DNA of 64,000 nucleotides from Candidatus Bathyarchaeota archaeon. GTDB taxonomy: Archaea > Thermoproteota > Bathyarchaeia > Bathyarchaeales > Bathycorpusculaceae. Every line of letters begins with the position of its first letter. Position 1 is the first letter of the stretch. The translations under genes were made by a program, and so were the position numbers. Below the pieces are notes generated by a model. It searched no databases. It worked only from the letters and a program-made list of their open reading frames with translations, and was not told the origin of the DNA. Where the stretch lies: positions 160,001-224,000 of the forward strand of contig CAVYES010000008.1 of assembly GCA_963767735.1 (NCBI GenBank), written 5' to 3'. Positions 41,779 through 50,446 of this stretch are shown piece by piece.

Positions 41779-44700
41779 TTACCTGAAAGTTGACAGGAGC
41801 GATTTTCTTTGCAGCTTATTAGTATTGGAGGAGGAAATCGGCTCTGATGCTGGAAGGGCCAGAGGCTGACTCTTCGAGCGCTTCCTCAGGACTGCCACGG
41901 CACCGATGGTGACGCCCGCTACGCCTATTCCGATTCCTGCGTAAGCGTAGTCGTATGCTCTGTTCACGCTGGCCTTGAGACTGCTGATTTGGTTTTGGAG
42001 AGCAGCTTGGGAAGCGTTTAGGCTTTTCCCGAGACTACTAAGCTGGTTTTGCTGAGATGTCTCAGATGAATTGAGGCTGTTTAGGCTTCCCCCCAAACTG
42101 TTGGTCTGGTTTTGCACAGAGGCTTGAGATGACTTTACGCTGTTCAGGCTACTTGTAAGACTATTGGTCTGACTTTGCAGAGACTGAATGGAGCTCTGGG
42201 AGTTTTGTAGGCTGGAAGTTTCTGAGTTTAATTGGTTCTGGAAGTACATTGTCGAGTTGGCGCTGGAGCTGACTCCGTCTGTTTGGGTGGCGACTATCAG
42301 TAGCGAGTAGCCGCCGTCGGCATAGTTGGCGGTGTTTATGGTGAAGCTGAGCGTTCCGTTGTTGCTGAAAGTTTGGGTTGGCTGGTTGTTGAGGTAAACG
42401 ACGATGGAGTTAATGCTGTTTCCTGAGACGGTTACGCTTCCGACCAGGTTACCGGTATATTTTCCTCCGTTGGTGGGCGAAGAAATCTGAATCGTAGGTG
42501 GAAGCGGGGAGATACTCTGATAGCTTGACGATGTCAACGAAAGGTTCGAGTTAACAAGAGCAATTGAGTTTAGATCAGTGTTGACTAAGTTAATGCTGCT
42601 GTTTGAAGCGACAATTTCCCCACCGTGCACGCCCTCAAGCGTTAGGTTGGCGCCGTTTGCAAATATAGTCCCGTTTACAAACGAGTCTGAGATGACGGTT
42701 GTGCCTGACGTGAACCAGTTTGATCCCATGAAGATATCGTTAGACAGGTTCGCCGATTTTGTCACGTTGACTCCGCTCAAAGCTAGCCCCGAACTCTGCT
42801 GGAACAAGGTGATTTGTTGGTTTGACAAGTACACGTAGGGCTGTATAGAGAAGGCTTGCTGGGCGGAGAGCGCGGCGGTTGTGGGGAAACCGTCGTAGGA
42901 GATGCCTGTCACGTAGACGTCGTAAGGACCAGCATAATTGAACGAGTTATCATTTATTGGTGATAGAACGCCGGCATTGTATGGTGAAGGCAGCAAGACA
43001 TTGGCGGTCCACCTGTTCAGCGTCGGACTATACAGCAATGGCGTCAACTCAAAACCCTGATACTCCGCATACATTATGGCTGTGTAGTCATTCTGCAGTT
43101 CCTGCGGATAAATAACCGCCGAGTATTCACCCTGCGTAACTTCTTGACCATTCGGATAATGAATATCAGCAGTTATCTGCGCCGTTTGCCCCATATACAA
43201 AGTTGACGGCGAAAGCGTTATCTCAGGAGTTATTGCGCCACTCGAAACAAGGATTTGACCGTAAAAGGCGCCATTGAGGGTGTACCCAAGAGTCACAGAG
43301 CCATAGTTTGCCTGAAGCAAAATCGTGTACAACCCAGGAGCCGCGTTAGACGGGACCGTGAGCAAGCCGACCATTTCTGAATTTTGCAAAAACAGGCTCG
43401 TGCTCGCAACCGTTTGACCCGACGGAGTTAATAGAAAGGCATTGACGTTTGAGCCGCTGGCCACATCGGAACCGATTGTTTCGCCAGTATCATACGATGT
43501 CTCTTTTGCAACGTTCAATGGGGCAATGGGAGAGACAGAGAGAGTAAGTGATTGTCCAGGGGCTATCGCGCCAGGTTCCACTGCCACCTCAGGGAGGACG
43601 ACGGCGGTTTGCAGGTAAATCCCATTGGTAAACGGTAGAAATCCATACGTGCCCCCCTGAAGCATCAAATCGATGGGGCCTGCTGGATATGGGGATGTTA
43701 GCGTCGCTTCAGTTACGTTTACTCCAGATACAAGGGTAGGTTGCAGCGTAACCGTGCCTTGAGAGCTGTAGAGATTATTGAGAATCGAATAGGAATTCAC
43801 CTGCATTGTGAGCGGTTGCAACGGGGCTGGATTGCCGTAGAGGTCTGTAGCGGTGACAACCACTTTTAAGCCTCCCGCTGTTGTCCATGGGTCTGTTGGA
43901 GTTGGACTAGTGAAGGTTGCGAGGTAACCAGCAAAAATTTCGGCGGAACCCGCCCCTGAAATTCCTGCTGATGTGCCGTTGACGTTGACGTATGCAACAC
44001 CGGACTGCTGCCCCATCACGAAAGAAGCACTAAAAGCCCCGCTTGCACTGTCGAAATTCATAGGAATGGATAAGGAAGCCCCATTAAGCGTCACAAGGCT
44101 GGCTGTAAAGCTTCCAGTAGTTATAGGCGTGAAGAAAGCTCCATTATAGATAGATGCTGTTACCTCAACAGTTTGACCCGAAGTGAATTCAAGTTGAGAT
44201 CCGCCTGTGGAGTTAGCGACTCCGACTAAAACGATTAGGCTGGACTGTGGATTTTGAGCGTTGTAGAGGGAAGCAATTTCGCCGATATTGGGACTACCCC
44301 ATCCTGTAGCAAGATTATAACCATAAGATGAAGTCCACGGGATAGTGTTGCCAAATGTGATAGGAGTGAAAGCTTTGGCGTAAGTAGCAGCGCTATTGCC
44401 CAGGCTATAAAGGAACGGATTGATGAGACCAAGCGGACCTCCCGCAGACTCAGCTACCAGTGTGAGTAGCCCCGAGAGAAGCTGAACAGATTCCGACGTG
44501 CCGCCCACAGCCATAACTGAACCCGAATCCACGATGAAAGTGGCTGGATTAACACCAGCCTGCAAAGAAAGATCTGGTTCCAATCTTCCGTTCGGATAAG
44601 AGGGAGGTGTCTGCTGACTTTGCTGATACCACGGCTTAGGCTCCACAAAACTTACCCCGCCTCCGCCTCCACCAGAATTAACAAAGTTCGGGACGTATCC

Positions 44701-45951
44701 GCCGTTCGACCACGCCGTTTGAGCGACCGTTTCGGTCCCGTTTGGTTGAGTGTAGAAGTAAGTTTGAGTTCCTCCCACAGCAGTAACATATGGTGAATTA
44801 TCTGGGTTTCCTAAGTTGCCTGCCGGGCCTGAACTGTAGCCACTTCCTCCTCCATCACCTGTGGAGCTTAGGAAAGTGATTCCCTCAAGCGAGCCCAACA
44901 TGAAGTACTGGTCGGGGAGAAACATGTTGAAATAAAACAGTGGTCCGCCAATGACAGAGTCCTCCCATTCGGGGGCAATAGAAAAGCTCATTGAAAGTGT
45001 AGTGACACTATCGTCACCTACTATTTGTGCAATATCATAGGCAAAACTTGGCGCGCCGGTCGTCACGTACATATCAATGGCGGCTTTAGGAGCCATTGCA
45101 TGCGATATCTCAACATCAAGAGATACTTCGGTGCTCCAGCCCTCCGAAACGCCAAGGTTAGGATTGTAGGGCACAATAGGTGTCACAGTCAAGCTCGGAT
45201 TTGAGAACCCGAATTGTGCATCGAAAAGCTGCAAATCTTGGGTGATGGTCGGAGAGCCAAAAAATTCAAGCAGACCAATAGTCTGGCCTTGGCCTTGGAA
45301 GCCCTGTGCATAAAGAGAGGTTGCGTTATAAACGCTCTGAAGAGCCTTCGCAGATGACGCTCCTTCCGAGAAGGTCACGTTTGCATTCGTTTGAGACGCT
45401 GCAGAACTTGCTACCTGTGGTTGAACCATAAGGCTTGTCGCGTTCGATGCAACAAAATAAGCTCCTTCAAACAAGGAATTCCCGCTCGTTACATAATAAG
45501 AGTCCGTGCCATTCGAGTAAATGTTCACGCTGGCACCAAAGTACTGATTAACCTGGGCAACAGTAGCCTGAACAATTATCATGGAATCCATAGATTGCCT
45601 AACAACCTGCAATCCGACCCCCTGAAGATAAGCAAGCATCGAATTATACGCGTCCACAGGCAAGAATTCCTGTTGAATCTGAGTACTGGTCAAAAATTGC
45701 CTAAACAAAGGCGACGAGGGGTTCGAAACTTGCTCCACCATAGAACTGAGAAGCCCCACATTTCTCAAAGGAATCGCAATGTTAACAAGCACAGAGAGAT
45801 CACTCGGCGCTTGACCCTGAAGAACATAGCCTAAAAGGGGCTGAGCAACATTGGAACTGGAATCAGCAACATAGAAACTGGCTCCCAAAACGCTGCTGAC
45901 CGACGAGACGACCAGCAAAATCAAAACTAAACTAACGATTAAGCCCTTCAC
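41779..45951 (-). CDS. Membrane-anchored sedolisin/kumamolisin (S53) protease
   Basis: Signal peptide, pro-domain, catalytic EVSLDVE, STGDGG, GGTSES; Ig-like stalk, coiled coil, C-terminal TM followed by RKR. Confidence 0.9.
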   Translation of the reverse strand: MKGLIVSLVLILLVVSSVSSVLGASFYVADSSSNVAQPLLGYVLQGQAPSDLSVLVNIAIPLRNVGLLSSMVEQVSNPSSPLFRQFLTSTQIQQEFLPVDAYNSMLAYLQGVGLQVVRQSMDSMIIVQATVAQVNQYFGASVNIYSNGTDSYYVTSGNSLFEGAYFVASNATSLMVQPQVASSAASQTNANVTFSEGASSAKALQSVYNATSLYAQGFQGQGQTIGLLEFFGSPTITQDLQLFDAQFGFSNPSLTVTPIVPYNPNLGVSEGWSTEVSLDVEISHAMAPKAAIDMYVTTGAPSFAYDIAQIVGDDSVTTLSMSFSIAPEWEDSVIGGPLFYFNMFLPDQYFMLGSLEGITFLSSTGDGGGSGYSSGPAGNLGNPDNSPYVTAVGGTQTYFYTQPNGTETVAQTAWSNGGYVPNFVNSGGGGGGVSFVEPKPWYQQSQQTPPSYPNGRLEPDLSLQAGVNPATFIVDSGSVMAVGGTSESVQLLSGLLTLVAESAGGPLGLINPFLYSLGNSAATYAKAFTPITFGNTIPWTSSYGYNLATGWGSPNIGEIASLYNAQNPQSSLIVLVGVANSTGGSQLEFTSGQTVEVTASIYNGAFFTPITTGSFTASLVTLNGASLSIPMNFDSASGAFSASFVMGQQSGVAYVNVNGTSAGISGAGSAEIFAGYLATFTSPTPTDPWTTAGGLKVVVTATDLYGNPAPLQPLTMQVNSYSILNNLYSSQGTVTLQPTLVSGVNVTEATLTSPYPAGPIDLMLQGGTYGFLPFTNGIYLQTAVVLPEVAVEPGAIAPGQSLTLSVSPIAPLNVAKETSYDTGETIGSDVASGSNVNAFLLTPSGQTVASTSLFLQNSEMVGLLTVPSNAAPGLYTILLQANYGSVTLGYTLNGAFYGQILVSSGAITPEITLSPSTLYMGQTAQITADIHYPNGQEVTQGEYSAVIYPQELQNDYTAIMYAEYQGFELTPLLYSPTLNRWTANVLLPSPYNAGVLSPINDNSFNYAGPYDVYVTGISYDGFPTTAALSAQQAFSIQPYVYLSNQQITLFQQSSGLALSGVNVTKSANLSNDIFMGSNWFTSGTTVISDSFVNGTIFANGANLTLEGVHGGEIVASNSSINLVNTDLNSIALVNSNLSLTSSSYQSISPLPPTIQISSPTNGGKYTGNLVGSVTVSGNSINSIVVYLNNQPTQTFSNNGTLSFTINTANYADGGYSLLIVATQTDGVSSSANSTMYFQNQLNSETSSLQNSQSSIQSLQSQTNSLTSSLNSVKSSQASVQNQTNSLGGSLNSLNSSETSQQNQLSSLGKSLNASQAALQNQISSLKASVNRAYDYAYAGIGIGVAGVTIGAVAVLRKRSKSQPLALPASEPISSSNTNKLQRKSLLSTFR

Positions 45952-46721
45952 GAAAACACTTCCAGAATAAAAAAATCTTAATTTTCATAAACTCGCATCA
46001 TCCACCTTACTATCATCAGAAATTTAACTTCACGTGGGTCACACGCCCGCGCATTCCGCAACAAAAAGACTAGCTATTCTTGGTTATCTATTTTGAAAGT
46101 AATCTAATATATGCTTTTGTGACTACAAAGCGAAGTCTCAAACTTTTGCGCGCTTATACGGTGAAAGGCAAATATGCAAAAGCAACCATTACCCAATACC
46201 TTAAAGCTGTTCAGACTAGCATCACCACAATTAATTATTTTTTTCTTGATCACTGCGACACACCGACGCCTGCAAACAGGTTCTTGCATACAATTACTAA
46301 ACCACAAAACATAGGGAACCATGCCGATATAGGCAACAACGCCTATAACAGATCTAACCAAGGGCTAGAAGGGGATTATCTTGAAGATTACCCTAGGAAT
46401 AATCTACGTTAAGCATTCCCCACCACCTCCTTCGGAGCTGAATGGATAGTAAACCCTTTCTTTAGATTAATCATCATTACTTTCAATTATTTTTTTCTTA
46501 ATTACTCCAATGCCTATTCCCATAATAGGCGGAGACCACTTTTGTTGCCTAGCAGCCATTGCCAAAGTAACAACGCAGTAATCATGATAGCCTTCGGGCT
46601 ATGTTTTGTAAAAGTTCCTTAGCGTGGGAGTTGAAGTTGGCGTTGGAGCGGTTGTGGTTGCTGTTATGCAGTCACAGAGTCTTAAAGGCATGATTTTACA
46701 AAAATAACAACGGTGTTTTAA

Positions 46722-47006
46722 TTGGAAAAAAGCATGATGAAATATCAAGTTTTAATCAAAACGATTTCAGGAAAGGGCGGCGAGTTCTGGGAAGCGTTCA
46801 AAAAAATGCCTACCGAGCCAATGAAAGGAGTAATGGTGGAGTCTTCCTGGAGCTTATATGGATACTGGGATTTCGTTATTTTCTTCAAAGCCGACAGCAA
46901 TGAAAACAGCCTTCACTTCATCGGAGAGGTCTTACGAGCAATGCCGGGCATCGCCGATACCAGCACGTCACCGATGACCGTTCTCAAAGAACACAAAAAG
47001 CTATAG
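46722..47006 (+). CDS. Lrp/AsnC ligand-binding (RAM)/GYD-like small protein
   Basis: WSLYGYWDFVIFFKA...LRAMPGIADTST. Confidence 0.65.
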   Translation: MEKSMMKYQVLIKTISGKGGEFWEAFKKMPTEPMKGVMVESSWSLYGYWDFVIFFKADSNENSLHFIGEVLRAMPGIADTSTSPMTVLKEHKKL

Positions 47007-47204
47007 ACAACTGTATCGTAACTATTTCGTCCCTTCTTTTTCTTTCCAAGCATCTTGAAATGTGGTTGAAGGTCCATCCTCTGGCAAATTGAGTAGGGCA
47101 TGGATTTTGAAGCCTCATTGCTGTAGAGGCACTGCCCATCAATTCCTCTTTACGTGAGGGACTAACTCATTTAAATTCCCGTAAACATCTGGAATTGTGT
47201 GAAT

Positions 47205-47330
47205 TCACTTTTTGAGAGTTTGATTGGCGAGTTAATGGTGAAGGTTGTTCACTTTTCCAACTGGCTTTCGACGGTGATTTTTCCCCAGGGCATCTACTAT
47301 CCACTTACAAATAGCCAAACCCCTTCCTGG
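47205..47330 (-). pseudogene. Histidine kinase HATPase C-terminal remnant
   Basis: GRGLAICKWIVDA[frameshift]ITVESQLEK*TTFTINSPI matches the G2-box end of HATPase_c. Confidence 0.65.
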
Positions 47331-47376
47331 GCGTCGATACAAATTACTTGGGGTCTCTTAAAGAAAAGAGAGTGTA

Positions 47377-47709
47377 CTATTGTGTTTTGAGTCCGCTAAG
47401 TCTCTTGTTGAGTTCATCAAAGATCAGTTGCTTTTTCTCTTCGCTTAAGTTGAAGATAACCTTGTTAGCCATTTCATTTGAAATTGTAAAAATATAGTTT
47501 AATTTTATGACGCTGTCTTTTATGGCGCCTTCATTTTTGGTTAGGGGTATTCCCTTCATCTTAAGATTGCTTGTTATGCCCGCTATCACAACATTGCCAA
47601 GTTCTTCGAACAAAACCACGGCGGGTCTAACTTTCACTTCATCGGCATCAGTGAACTGCACTCTGGCAAGGATAACATCGCCAGGCTTAAGCATCTTCCC
47701 AAGCCTCAT
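47377..47709 (-). CDS. PemK/MazF-family toxin
   Basis: PGDVILARVQFTD...KVRPAVVL, ITSN, DSVIK. Confidence 0.88.
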   Translation of the reverse strand: MRLGKMLKPGDVILARVQFTDADEVKVRPAVVLFEELGNVVIAGITSNLKMKGIPLTKNEGAIKDSVIKLNYIFTISNEMANKVIFNLSEEKKQLIFDELNKRLSGLKTQ

Positions 47710-47929
47710 CTTCCTCGTTATCCCATAATTCTTTCATTTTCGCCTGCTGAATCCTATGGAGAAACTCATCGTATTGCCTTCTCTTGCCCGATTCCTTTGC
47801 AGTTTTTATTAAATTTAAAATGGTTTCGTTGTAGGTTTCTCTTGGGTATTTCCTGATATTTTTGAGTTCCTTAACTACCGATTTCTTAAGCTGTATTGAG
47901 GTAACATCTTCGTTTGTCATATAAGTCAC
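47687..47929 (-). CDS. RHH-type antitoxin for the PemK toxin
   Basis: TSIQLKKSV..L...RETYNETI; acidic tail LWDNEEDEAW; overlaps the toxin gene. Confidence 0.8.
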   Translation of the reverse strand: MTYMTNEDVTSIQLKKSVVKELKNIRKYPRETYNETILNLIKTAKESGKRRQYDEFLHRIQQAKMKELWDNEEDEAWEDA

Positions 47930-47982
47930 TATAACTAACTATAGCTCATTATAATAAATTTATTGCCCCAAGCATTAAAGTT

Positions 47983-48026
47983 AGTGTTTCGTGCTCGCAG
48001 GGGTTCGAATCCCTTCCCCGGCGCCA
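47983..48026 (+). repeat. tRNA-Ser-like 3' half with CCA (att-like scar)
   Basis: AGTGTTTCGTGCTCGCAGGGGTTCGAATCCCTTCCCCGGCGCCA; no D-arm or 5' acceptor strand upstream. Confidence 0.75.
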
Positions 48027-48386
48027 TCAACAAAGTAGGGTCCTTATTTTTGAGAACGCTCGCCTTACGGTCGACCAACCAAATTCGTAAATTGTTATTT
48101 TAGGGCAGCGTAAATTTAATATTGCTATAAGGATAAAGAGAAGCTATAAGACCCCCCCTCGGGGTCTGTCTCTGTCTGTCTATGTGACTCACTATGCCGC
48201 TGTTTGAAACAAAAAAGAGCAATATACTGCAAGACCTTTCCGTACTAGATACACAATCGGATCCACCAGACGGCATACTGCTCTGCCGCGAAACGCTCCT
48301 GACATTCATGGCTTCCAACGTCTCTAACATCTTTTACTCGGTCTGTATCAAAGCTTATAGGGTCAACGAGATGTTTTCTATTGTAA

Positions 48387-48620
48387 GTGTCGGTTATGGT
48401 AAAAATCAAGGGAAAAAAATTCACAGTAATCTTAAGAGAGGAGCTTGAAAGTGGCTATTCAGCTCAATGCCTGGAACTTCCTGGAGCGTTAAGCGAAGGC
48501 GACAGCCGCAAGGAAGCACTTGCCAACATTAAAGAAGCCATCGAAGGTTACTTGGAAGTTTTCCCAGAAGAAGTTTACCTGCTTAAACGCAAAAGAGAGT
48601 TCGTGGAAATAACTGTCTGA
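48387..48620 (+). CDS. hicB: HicB-family antitoxin
   Basis: GYSAQCLELPGALSEGDSRKEALANIKEAIEGYL. Confidence 0.9.
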   Translation: MSVMVKIKGKKFTVILREELESGYSAQCLELPGALSEGDSRKEALANIKEAIEGYLEVFPEEVYLLKRKREFVEITV

Positions 48621-48833
48621 AAAGCTGCCGTCTGTCTCTTGGCGGGAAATCATAAAGCTCTCGCTAAAGCCAAATTTACCGTTGCCGGCCAGAAGGGGAG
48701 CCACATATTTTTAGCTGATGGAAAACACAAACTCACCGTTCCACGCCATGACTCAGTCAAAAAAGGAACGCTTCTAGCCATAATACAACAAGCCGGGTTA
48801 ACAAAGGATGAATTTATTGAATTGCTCAAATGA
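48613..48833 (+). CDS. hicA: HicA-family toxin, frameshifted near 48655
   Basis: SEKLPSVSWREII then ALAKAKF...QKGSH...VPRH..VKKGTL.AIIQQAG. Confidence 0.85.
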
Positions 48834-48841
48834 AAGGCGGT

Positions 48842-48873
48842 TGGAGGCTTCGGCGAGATTTGGACCCGCCACC
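48842..48873 (-). repeat. Degenerate tRNA 3' fragment at the island's right edge
   Basis: Minus strand GGTGGCGGGTCCAAATCTCGCCGAAGCCTCCA. Confidence 0.6.
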
Positions 48874-49040
48874 ATTACCTAACAAAGGGCATCCCCCCAA
48901 ATTGGTCAAAATTGATCAATACCACGGAAAAAGTTATGTTGAAGCAGCCCAATCACAAAAAAAGGAAAAACTGTAGAAATTAGAGAATTCTCCACTGAAA
49001 GGGTTAATATAGAGTTAAGTCACGCTATTTTACAAGAGCT

Positions 49041-49892
49041 GTGGGATTTGTGTTCAAAAGTGTGGGATTAGTCGCCCGCTACGATAAGAAACCAGCTTTG
49101 AAACTTACAGAAGAGTTGGCGGAGTATCTTTCAAAGAAAGGATTGAAGGTTTACATAGAAGATACACTGGCAGATAAAGTCACCACCACGCAGCAAGAGA
49201 TGGTTCCCCTCTCGCAGATGAAAACAGACTTCTTGATTACAATCGGCGGCGACGGAACAATATTGCGAACGTGCATAGGCCTCGCTAAGCCTGAACCGCC
49301 AATTTTAGCTATAAACATGGGACTCCGGGGGTTTTTGACTGAAGCGGAGCCGAAAAACGCTTTTGAAGCGGTAAATAAAATTCTTAGCGGCGATTACAAG
49401 ATAGAAAAATGTGCAAAGCTATCTGTGGTTGCGGGCGAAGATAGATTGCCTGATGCCTTAAATGACGTTGTTATTTCTGCGGGTGAACCTTCAAAAATAC
49501 TTTATACTCGGATATGTAAGGATGGCAAGCCGATTCTTAATTGCCAATCAGACGGTTTGATTGTGGCCACCGAAACGGGTTCTACCGGTTACTCTTTTTC
49601 TGCAGGCGGACCAGTTTTAGACCCCGCGCTGGGTGCTTTTGTTTTAACGCCTATTTGCTCGTTAACCGTGTTCCACCCGCTTGTTTTCCCCGCAAACTCC
49701 ACCATCACCTTCAACGTAATTAGGGCGGAGAAAATCCTTGTTCTCATAGATGGAAAATACCATAAGCAAGTAAACTGCAAGGAGCCAACCTTAGAAATCA
49801 AAGTATCCAAAAACGTAACTTCCTTCATAAGGTTTGAAACCGACTTTTACGACCGACTGAAAAGCCGGCTACTTTTTAAGGGAACAGAATGA
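49041..49892 (+). CDS. nadK: NAD kinase
   Basis: GGDGTIL, GLRGFL, ALND, DGLIVAT.TGSTGY..SAGGP. Confidence 0.94.
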   Translation: MGFVFKSVGLVARYDKKPALKLTEELAEYLSKKGLKVYIEDTLADKVTTTQQEMVPLSQMKTDFLITIGGDGTILRTCIGLAKPEPPILAINMGLRGFLTEAEPKNAFEAVNKILSGDYKIEKCAKLSVVAGEDRLPDALNDVVISAGEPSKILYTRICKDGKPILNCQSDGLIVATETGSTGYSFSAGGPVLDPALGAFVLTPICSLTVFHPLVFPANSTITFNVIRAEKILVLIDGKYHKQVNCKEPTLEIKVSKNVTSFIRFETDFYDRLKSRLLFKGTE

Positions 49893-50446
49893 AAACTCAG
49901 AAAGAGCGGCCAGGCAGACGAGTCATTGTTCTAGACACTTCTGCTTTCTTGGCGGGCTATGACGCGTTCTCTGTAAGCGAAGAGCAAGTTACGGTTCCCA
50001 AAGTTGAAGAAGAAATAAGAAGAAACTCGATGGTTTTGGTTAGATTTTCAACGGCAATAGAGAGCGGAAAGGTAAAGGTTAAGGCTCCTTCGGAAGAGTT
50101 TTTGATTAAAATAAAAGCATCTGCAAACAGGGTTGGGGACTCATTTAAGTTATCGGAAACTGACATGCAGCTTTTAGCTTTGGCCTCAGAGTTGAAGGCT
50201 GCCGGCTATCTGTCTCAGATTGTTACCGATGACTATTCAATTCAGAATGTAGCGACGCAGATGGGAATCGATTTTTTGGCGCTGGCGACTTTTGGTATAA
50301 AGCGGCTTTTAGAATGGGTAAGGTATTGCCCGGCGTGTTACCGAGAGTACCCCGCCGACTACGCATCTAAGGAGTGCCAAGTTTGTGGAACACAACTGAA
50401 GCGAAAGCCCCGCAGAACAGTGAAAAAAGTAAAGACAAAAGGTTAG
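49889..50446 (+). CDS. nob1: Nob1-like PIN endonuclease with Zn ribbon
   Basis: VLDTSAF, LSETD, TDDYSIQN, CPAC...CQVCG. Confidence 0.9.
   Translation: MKTQKERPGRRVIVLDTSAFLAGYDAFSVSEEQVTVPKVEEEIRRNSMVLVRFSTAIESGKVKVKAPSEEFLIKIKASANRVGDSFKLSETDMQLLALASELKAAGYLSQIVTDDYSIQNVATQMGIDFLALATFGIKRLLEWVRYCPACYREYPADYASKECQVCGTQLKRKPRRTVKKVKTKG

Larger units (their letters stand above)
28190..48890. mobile_element. Accessory mosaic island (decayed integrative elements) between aIF5A and NAD kinase
   Basis: Break in core-gene synteny, several TA modules, tRNA 3' fragments, gene remnants, patchy base composition; no integrase seen. Confidence 0.65.

Noticed and set aside
46080-46412. ORFs 46080-46412 (+) and 46104-46361 (-)
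   Set aside because: No recognisable family; probably decayed sequence.
47983-48026. Intact tRNA-Ser gene or split-tRNA half
   Set aside because: There is no 5' half or D-arm, no complementary leader for trans-splicing is visible, and the stems are degenerate; better read as an att scar.
48100-48448. ORFs between the tRNA-Ser scar and hicB
   Set aside because: No motif recognised in any frame examined.
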